Assembly (NCBI GenBank): GCA_025359505.1 | Contig: JANYHH010000028.1 | Coordinates: forward strand, 32 to 64,031 | Direction: 5' to 3' | Origin: Deinococcales bacterium | GTDB lineage: Bacteria; Deinococcota; Deinococci; Deinococcales; JAAFIG01 | Length of the DNA: 64,000 nucleotides | In this document: positions 58,698-64,000 of the stretch, one piece after another | How positions within the stretch are numbered: position 1 is the stretch's first letter | Layout: every line of letters starts with the position of its first letter | Made by a program: the position numbers and the translations under genes | The notes under the pieces: generated by a model | Databases searched by the model: none | Told to the model about the DNA's origin: nothing | What the model saw: only the letters and a program-made list of their open reading frames with translations

Positions 58698-59684
58698 ATG
58701 AGACTTTTGGTGCTGGGCGGCACGCAATTCGTCGGGCGACACATCGTCAGCGCAGCCGTTGAGCGCGGTCATCACGTCACACTCTTTCACCGTGGCAGCC
58801 GCGATCCGTTCCCAGCGTGCGAAAACATTTTAGGCGACCGCGAGCATGACCTCGAGCGCTTGCGAGGCGAGTGGGACGCCGTGGTGGACACCTGCGGGTA
58901 TATGCCACGCATCGTCAGTCTGAGCACGGCGCACCTCGAGCCTTTCGTCAAGCGTTACGCGTTCATCAGTTCGATCAGTGCATACACCAGTCTCAAAGGA
59001 TTGCCAGATGAAGCCGCACCGCTCGGGCAGCTCGAGGCAGAGACCGAAGAAGTCAGTGGCTCGAGTTACGGCCCGTTGAAAGCGCTGTGCGAGCGAGTCG
59101 TGACCGACATCTTCGGCACTCGAGGACTGGTGATCCGTCCGGGCTTGGTGGTTGGCCCGTTCGACCCGACCGACCGCTTCTCGTACTGGGTGGACAGAAT
59201 CGCTCGAGGCGGCGAGGTGCTTGCGCCGGAAGGAGTAGCGCAACAGACCTGCTTCATTGACGCCCGCGATTTGGGACGGTTCGTGATTCACGCGCTCGAG
59301 ACAGATTCAAGCGGCGCGTTCAATGCCGACGGGCGGGGGCAATCACTGCCAGACGTGCTCGAGGTCATGCGCTCGGTCAGCGGCAGCGACGCGACGTTCA
59401 CGTGGGCGAGCCGCGAGTTTCTGCTCGAGCAAACTGTGACACCGTGGGCGGGCGCGGACAGCCTGCCATTGTGGACAGTCGGCGATCCGCTCGGTGTGAG
59501 CATCAGCAAGGCGCTGAGTGCAGGATTGACGCACCGCCCGCTCGAGGACACCGTGATTGATACGCTCGAGTGGCTGCGGTCACACGGGGCTGACCACGTA
59601 TGGCGCAGCGGCATTACGGCGGCTCGAGAAACGGCCTTGCTCGAGATGTGGAAATCTGGAGGGCTATCAACCTCTCAGGGCTAA
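58698..59684 (+). CDS. NAD-dependent epimerase/dehydratase family protein
   Basis: LGGTQFVG, FISSISAY, YGPLKALCE, IRPGLVVGP. Confidence 0.9.
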   Translation: MRLLVLGGTQFVGRHIVSAAVERGHHVTLFHRGSRDPFPACENILGDREHDLERLRGEWDAVVDTCGYMPRIVSLSTAHLEPFVKRYAFISSISAYTSLKGLPDEAAPLGQLEAETEEVSGSSYGPLKALCERVVTDIFGTRGLVIRPGLVVGPFDPTDRFSYWVDRIARGGEVLAPEGVAQQTCFIDARDLGRFVIHALETDSSGAFNADGRGQSLPDVLEVMRSVSGSDATFTWASREFLLEQTVTPWAGADSLPLWTVGDPLGVSISKALSAGLTHRPLEDTVIDTLEWLRSHGADHVWRSGITAARETALLEMWKSGGLSTSQG

Positions 59685-59770
59685 ACGCAAACTCACTCGA
59701 GGGTCAGCATGTTGTTGCCTGAAGACTGAGGAACAGATTCGCCTGCCCTCGAAGCTAACAGGAGATCAAA

Positions 59771-60328
59771 ATGGATCGTGCGTCCAAAGCAATCACACTG
59801 AGCATGGAATCGCTACGTGCCCTAGCGAACTGGGCTGCCGATTGCGCCGAGCGATCCCTCGAGGTCTACGAGGCGCACCCTCACGGGGACGCCCGACCCC
59901 GCGCGGCAATCGCGGGTAGCCGAGCATTTGCGGGCGGTGAAAAGCGCTCGAATCGGTTGCGCACATTGGCTTGGGCGGCGTACGCGGCTGCGCGGGAAAT
60001 CGGCGATCCTGCCAGTGCCGCTGCCGCACACGCCGCGAGCATGGCGGCAGCGATTGCTTACACGCATCCTTTGGCGGACGTTCACCAAACCAAGCACATT
60101 GTCGGCCCTGCGGGCTATGCGGCGCTGGCACTGGAACTCGTCGACAACGGCGACTCGAGCGCGGCCGATGATGCGGTTCGGTGGGCGATTGAACACGCGA
60201 GTCCCGAGGTGGGCGCGGTCTTGCGGCAAATGCCCGAGCGAACCGCTGGGAAAAGCCGTTTGGATGCAATTTTTTATGCGCTGGATGTTGGAATTCGCTC
60301 GCGGACGATTCTCAACGCAACTGAGTAA
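59771..60328 (+). CDS. Imm5-like (putative immunity) helical protein
   Basis: LANWAADCAER, DARPRAAI, Ala-rich helices. Confidence 0.65.
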   Translation: MDRASKAITLSMESLRALANWAADCAERSLEVYEAHPHGDARPRAAIAGSRAFAGGEKRSNRLRTLAWAAYAAAREIGDPASAAAAHAASMAAAIAYTHPLADVHQTKHIVGPAGYAALALELVDNGDSSAADDAVRWAIEHASPEVGAVLRQMPERTAGKSRLDAIFYALDVGIRSRTILNATE

Positions 60329-60514
60329 CTTTAGTGAGTTGTCAAGTTCATCCTGCATAGTCCAGGTCGGGAATTACGCGGCTCGAGGTACTTTTAGATC
60401 AGTCTTCGGATGGCTGAATATCGAGTTGGTCTCGAGCAAGTCCAGTGCAAATCAAAGTTGATCGTGGCTAAAACTCGAGCCGTCTCACGACCCTCGGGCA
60501 GCCACCTCAACTCC

Positions 60515-62809
60515 TCACTCGAGCAGGTCATCGAGTTGCCTCGGGTTCATCTCCACGCGCACCCGCACGCCGCCCTCGCGGAAACTGCGGGCTGGCTCGA
60601 GCAGGTGCGTCAAGCGCTCCATCGTGTCGGCCCGCACGAGAAGCTGATAGGCGTACAGCCCTTTGAGGCGGGCGATGCTGGTCGGCGCTGGGCCCAGCAA
60701 CTCCATGCCATCCGCGCCGCGATCCCTGATTAAAGCCCCCAGTTTGCTCGAGGAGACCTGCGCGTCCTGCTGCCGCCTTGCGGCGATTTGCACTTGCGCG
60801 AGTTTGGTGAACGGCGGGTAGGAGAACGCCTCACGGCTGGCCAGTTCGGACTGCGGATAGACGCTGACATCGGCGTCGGCTTGAATGCCGGTCAGTGCCA
60901 AGTGACCCGCTTGGAAGGTCTGGACGACCAGCAGCGGGGCCCTTGTCGGATGCCATTCCAGCAGTTGGCGCAACGCGAAGTGGTAGCGCTCCCCTGCCCT
61001 GAAGTCCGGGCTGGTGTGCATCGTGTCCGCGAACGACAGCGCGATCAAGGCAAGATCCGGCAGCGGCTCGAGTCCCAGCACAGCCGTCGTACCGACGACC
61101 ACGCCCGGTTCGCCTCGGTAAAGCTTCGTCAAGTCATCGCGCTGATCGCGGTCGTAACGGTAAATCGGCGTGCCGCGCAGCAGCGTTTGCAGTTCGCGCT
61201 GAATCCATTGCGTGCCGGGCCCACGGGGCGACAGCACCAGCCCCTCGCAACTTGGGCAATGCGTCGGTGGGCGCGTGGTGTAGCCGCACTGGTGGCATTC
61301 CAGTGAGCGCGTCTCGAGGTGATAGCGCAGCGGCACGTCGCAATTCGGGCAGCCGGGCAGCCAGCCGCAGTCCTTGCAGCGGATCACGGCCGAGTACCCG
61401 CGACGCGGCGCGATCACGACGGCTTGGCGGCCGCGCTCAGCGGTTTGGCGCAGGACTTTTTTTAAGGTCGTGCTGATCGGGAACGATTCCCTCGCCACCG
61501 GCATGTTCATCATCGGGCCCGTGTCTGGCGGCACAGCTTGGGCTGATAAATCCACAATGTGCAATCTGGCTCGAGGGGCTGGGATCACGATGCCGGGCAG
61601 CGCTAAACTTTCAGCGGCTGGGACGCTGCCCGCGTACAGCAGCTTCGCGCCCGCGTGGGCGGCGCGAATGCGGGCGACTTCGGGGATGAACGCCCTCGAG
61701 CCACTGTGCAGTTTCCACGCGTCTGAAAGCTCGTCTTCGATGATGATCAGTTTTAAGTCGTACAGCGGCGCAATCAGCGAGAACGGCGTGCCGAACAGCA
61801 CTTCAATCTCACCGCGCTGACCAGCCCGCCAGACCGCTTCGCGCTGCGGGTGCTTCAAATCACCGCTGAGTAGCGCACTCTGGCGCACGCCGCTGAGCGC
61901 GGCGAATGCCCGGTGCAACCTCGAGTAATCCGGCGCGAGGTACAGCACCGCGCCTTCCGTGCGGCGCAGCAGTTCAGCGATCACCGCGAAGCGTTCAAGT
62001 GGTTTGCCGCCGTGCAACCGCGCGATCAAATGCGGCTCGAGGATATCCGCTCGCTCGAGGGTGTCCAGCGCGGCTCGAGGGAGGCGTTCAGTGCGGGGCG
62101 CGGCGGGTAGGGCAACGATCTGCGGCACGCGCACGCGCTCGGCTGCACCCATGCTCATCAGCTTGGTGACGATGCCGGCGCTGACGCCAGCGGCCTCTGC
62201 CCACGCGACGCCGCTGTCGAATTGCTGCATTTCAATCAGCGCCTCGAGTGCTAATGTTTGCTTAGCGGTCAGGCGCGGCGGCGCGAAGTCGGGGCTGTAA
62301 CGCACGACCTCTTTGGTCGGGCCAATAATTTTAGCGGTTTCCTCCAACAAGCCCTGTGAGCGCAGAAACTCAAGCAGTCCCGGATCGTGCAGCGGCGCGG
62401 ATGTCCAGCGTTGCAGCCGCGTTGCGCCACTCGGCAGTTCGTCTAGATTCACGCCGCCCAGCAGCCGAATTTGGTGTTCCAGCAGCGGCTCGAGTCCCCA
62501 CGGCACGAAGTCTTGATAGGCGATGCCCGCGTAGCAAAAGCAGGCCCGCGCAATCTCGAGCAAAGCCGCGCAGCCGTCGGATGAGAGGATCGGATCGGTG
62601 TCTAAGAGCGCGATGGCGTCTTTGAGGTTCAGGTCATCGCGCTCAACTTCCACGATTTCGACCACCAGCCCAACCCTTGCGCCGCCCTGCCACGGCACGA
62701 GCACGCGCCGTCCAAGCGCGTCACTGTCAGCGCCGTGGACGGGTCTGAAGTCATAGGCGGGAATCGGCAGTGGCACGACCACGCGCCAACGCGTGTGGGT
62801 CACAGGCAA
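60515..62809 (-). CDS. priA: Primosomal protein N' with degenerate helicase motifs
   Basis: N-terminal 3'-binding domain, RRGYS, four CxxC pairs, GPGTQWI, YPPF, LLGPAP; Walker A and DExH are degenerate. Confidence 0.9.
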   Translation of the reverse strand: MPVTHTRWRVVVPLPIPAYDFRPVHGADSDALGRRVLVPWQGGARVGLVVEIVEVERDDLNLKDAIALLDTDPILSSDGCAALLEIARACFCYAGIAYQDFVPWGLEPLLEHQIRLLGGVNLDELPSGATRLQRWTSAPLHDPGLLEFLRSQGLLEETAKIIGPTKEVVRYSPDFAPPRLTAKQTLALEALIEMQQFDSGVAWAEAAGVSAGIVTKLMSMGAAERVRVPQIVALPAAPRTERLPRAALDTLERADILEPHLIARLHGGKPLERFAVIAELLRRTEGAVLYLAPDYSRLHRAFAALSGVRQSALLSGDLKHPQREAVWRAGQRGEIEVLFGTPFSLIAPLYDLKLIIIEDELSDAWKLHSGSRAFIPEVARIRAAHAGAKLLYAGSVPAAESLALPGIVIPAPRARLHIVDLSAQAVPPDTGPMMNMPVARESFPISTTLKKVLRQTAERGRQAVVIAPRRGYSAVIRCKDCGWLPGCPNCDVPLRYHLETRSLECHQCGYTTRPPTHCPSCEGLVLSPRGPGTQWIQRELQTLLRGTPIYRYDRDQRDDLTKLYRGEPGVVVGTTAVLGLEPLPDLALIALSFADTMHTSPDFRAGERYHFALRQLLEWHPTRAPLLVVQTFQAGHLALTGIQADADVSVYPQSELASREAFSYPPFTKLAQVQIAARRQQDAQVSSSKLGALIRDRGADGMELLGPAPTSIARLKGLYAYQLLVRADTMERLTHLLEPARSFREGGVRVRVEMNPRQLDDLLE

Positions 62810-62954
62810 GGCAACTCGAGCGGTGATGTCAACATGTCCTCGAGCCGATCCATAGCCTTGAGTTTACTCCGTTCGAGGCGTAGTCACCAAGCTAAAGACC
62901 GCAATGCTGGACTCGAGAAGTGAATCAAAGATGTACTGCACGCATAAATTGACG

Positions 62955-62988
62955 ATATGTTGACAACGTAACGTTTCGGTGCTATATT
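62955..62988 (+). promoter_or_regulatory. Sigma70-type promoter of ssb overlapped by an RDRM-like (DdrO) site
   Basis: TTGACA (62960) - 17 bp - TATATT (62983) with an extended TG; ATATGTTGACAACGTAA at 62955-62971. Confidence 0.7.
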
Positions 62989-63070
62989 CATTGGCAGACG
63001 CCTCTCGAGCGTCGCACTTAACGGCAACTAGGTCCCGCACATCTCGCACAGAACCAAGGAGAACAAGATT

Positions 63071-63874
63071 ATGGCTCGAGGTATCAACAGTGTTTTACTG
63101 ATCGGCGCACTCACCCGTGACCCAGAGTTGCGCTACACCCCGAACGGCGCAGCCGTACTGAGCATCACCGTGGCTGGCGATAGTGTCGTCACCGACCTCG
63201 GCGGCGATGTCCGCAGCTTGCCGTGGTATCAGCGCGTCGAGTTAGTTAGCCGCAGTGCTGAAACGCTGCAAAATCAGCTCAAAGCGGGCAGCAGCGTACT
63301 GGTCGAAGGCAAACTGGATTACCAAAGCTGGGAAAACGAGCAAGGCGAGCGCCGCAGCAAGGTGATCGTCCGAGCCAACCGCATCGACCCACTCGCACCG
63401 AACGATCGCAGTGAGCAGATCATCACCGATAAAGTCGGCGGTTATCGTTTACTGGACGCGATCAACCAGACCGTCATCAGCGGCAATCTGGCTCGTGACC
63501 CCGTGATCCGCCACACGCAGAACGGGCATTCCGTCGCCAGCTTCGCGGTCGCCGTTACGGAGAGCTGGAAGGACGTGCAGGGCGAGTGGCAGCAAAAGCC
63601 GCATTACATCGACGTGACGCTGTGGCACGGCTTAGCTGACGCCGCCAGTGGACTTCAAAAGGGCGATCCAGTGATGATCTCCGGGCGCTTGACCAACGAC
63701 TCGTGGACGGACGCCAGCGGGCAAAAACGCTACAGCACGAAGCTCGAGGCGGAGCGCATGGAACTGCTGCAACGCCGCCTGCAGGCGGAAGCGCAACAGC
63801 CAGCCGCACCGCTCGAGCCAGAACCAGTCGCCTTACCAAAAGCAGCCAAGCCACGCAACCGCGCCGCCGCGTGA
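63071..63874 (+). CDS. ssb: Single-stranded DNA-binding protein with two OB folds
   Basis: MARGINSVLLIGALTRDPELRYTP; second fold NQTVISGNLARDP; AAGGAG ribosome-binding site. Confidence 0.93.
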   Translation: MARGINSVLLIGALTRDPELRYTPNGAAVLSITVAGDSVVTDLGGDVRSLPWYQRVELVSRSAETLQNQLKAGSSVLVEGKLDYQSWENEQGERRSKVIVRANRIDPLAPNDRSEQIITDKVGGYRLLDAINQTVISGNLARDPVIRHTQNGHSVASFAVAVTESWKDVQGEWQQKPHYIDVTLWHGLADAASGLQKGDPVMISGRLTNDSWTDASGQKRYSTKLEAERMELLQRRLQAEAQQPAAPLEPEPVALPKAAKPRNRAAA

Positions 63875-64000
63875 CGGCCGTGCTGCACAGCGCTTCAACC
63901 TCGTGGGGAGCGTCAACCAGCGCCCCCTCGAGCGCCACGCAAATCGCCAGCATCACACGCGGCGCTCGGCAAGACGAGTATCAACACCTGCTGCTCGAGT
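63871..64000 (+). CDS. Possible partial ORF coupled to ssb
   Basis: GTGA overlap with the ssb stop; frame open to the window end. Confidence 0.3.
   Translation, partial: MTAVLHSASTSWGASTSAPSSATQIASITRGARQDEYQHLLLE

Overview
Chromosomal window of about 60% GC, most likely from a Deinococcota bacterium (double-OB-fold SSB, pseudohelicase-type PriA, LysZ, TrmB with a long C-terminal extension, many leaderless genes, an RDRM-like operator). Most genes are housekeeping or metabolic: trmB, tRNA-Glu, smc, smpB, an M16C peptidase, pdxH, lysZ, miaB, dnaJ, fabI, priA and ssb. Five things stand out. (1) A 38-40 bp mini-element (GCGA...AGGTGC...TCAAGA) occurs three times; removing it restores an IS982 transposase reading frame in one case and a perfect 24-bp palindrome in another, so it looks like a very small mobile element. 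(2) A 13-kb contractile injection system (eCIS-type) locus at 39305-52254 has an FHA domain fused to a baseplate wedge protein and no cap, ATPase, fibre, lysis or effector genes that I can recognise. (3) The palindrome CTCGAG is heavily over-represented (27 sites counted in the first 5 kb, about 2 expected), HIP1-like, and shapes hairpins, tandem repeats and codon pairs. (4) An RNase R-like protein beside smpB lacks the catalytic motif and has a likely ATT start plus an internal start. (5) A PIN toxin-antitoxin cassette sits between ~35-bp CTCGAG-bounded direct repeats. All calls come from reading motifs by eye; no database searches were run.
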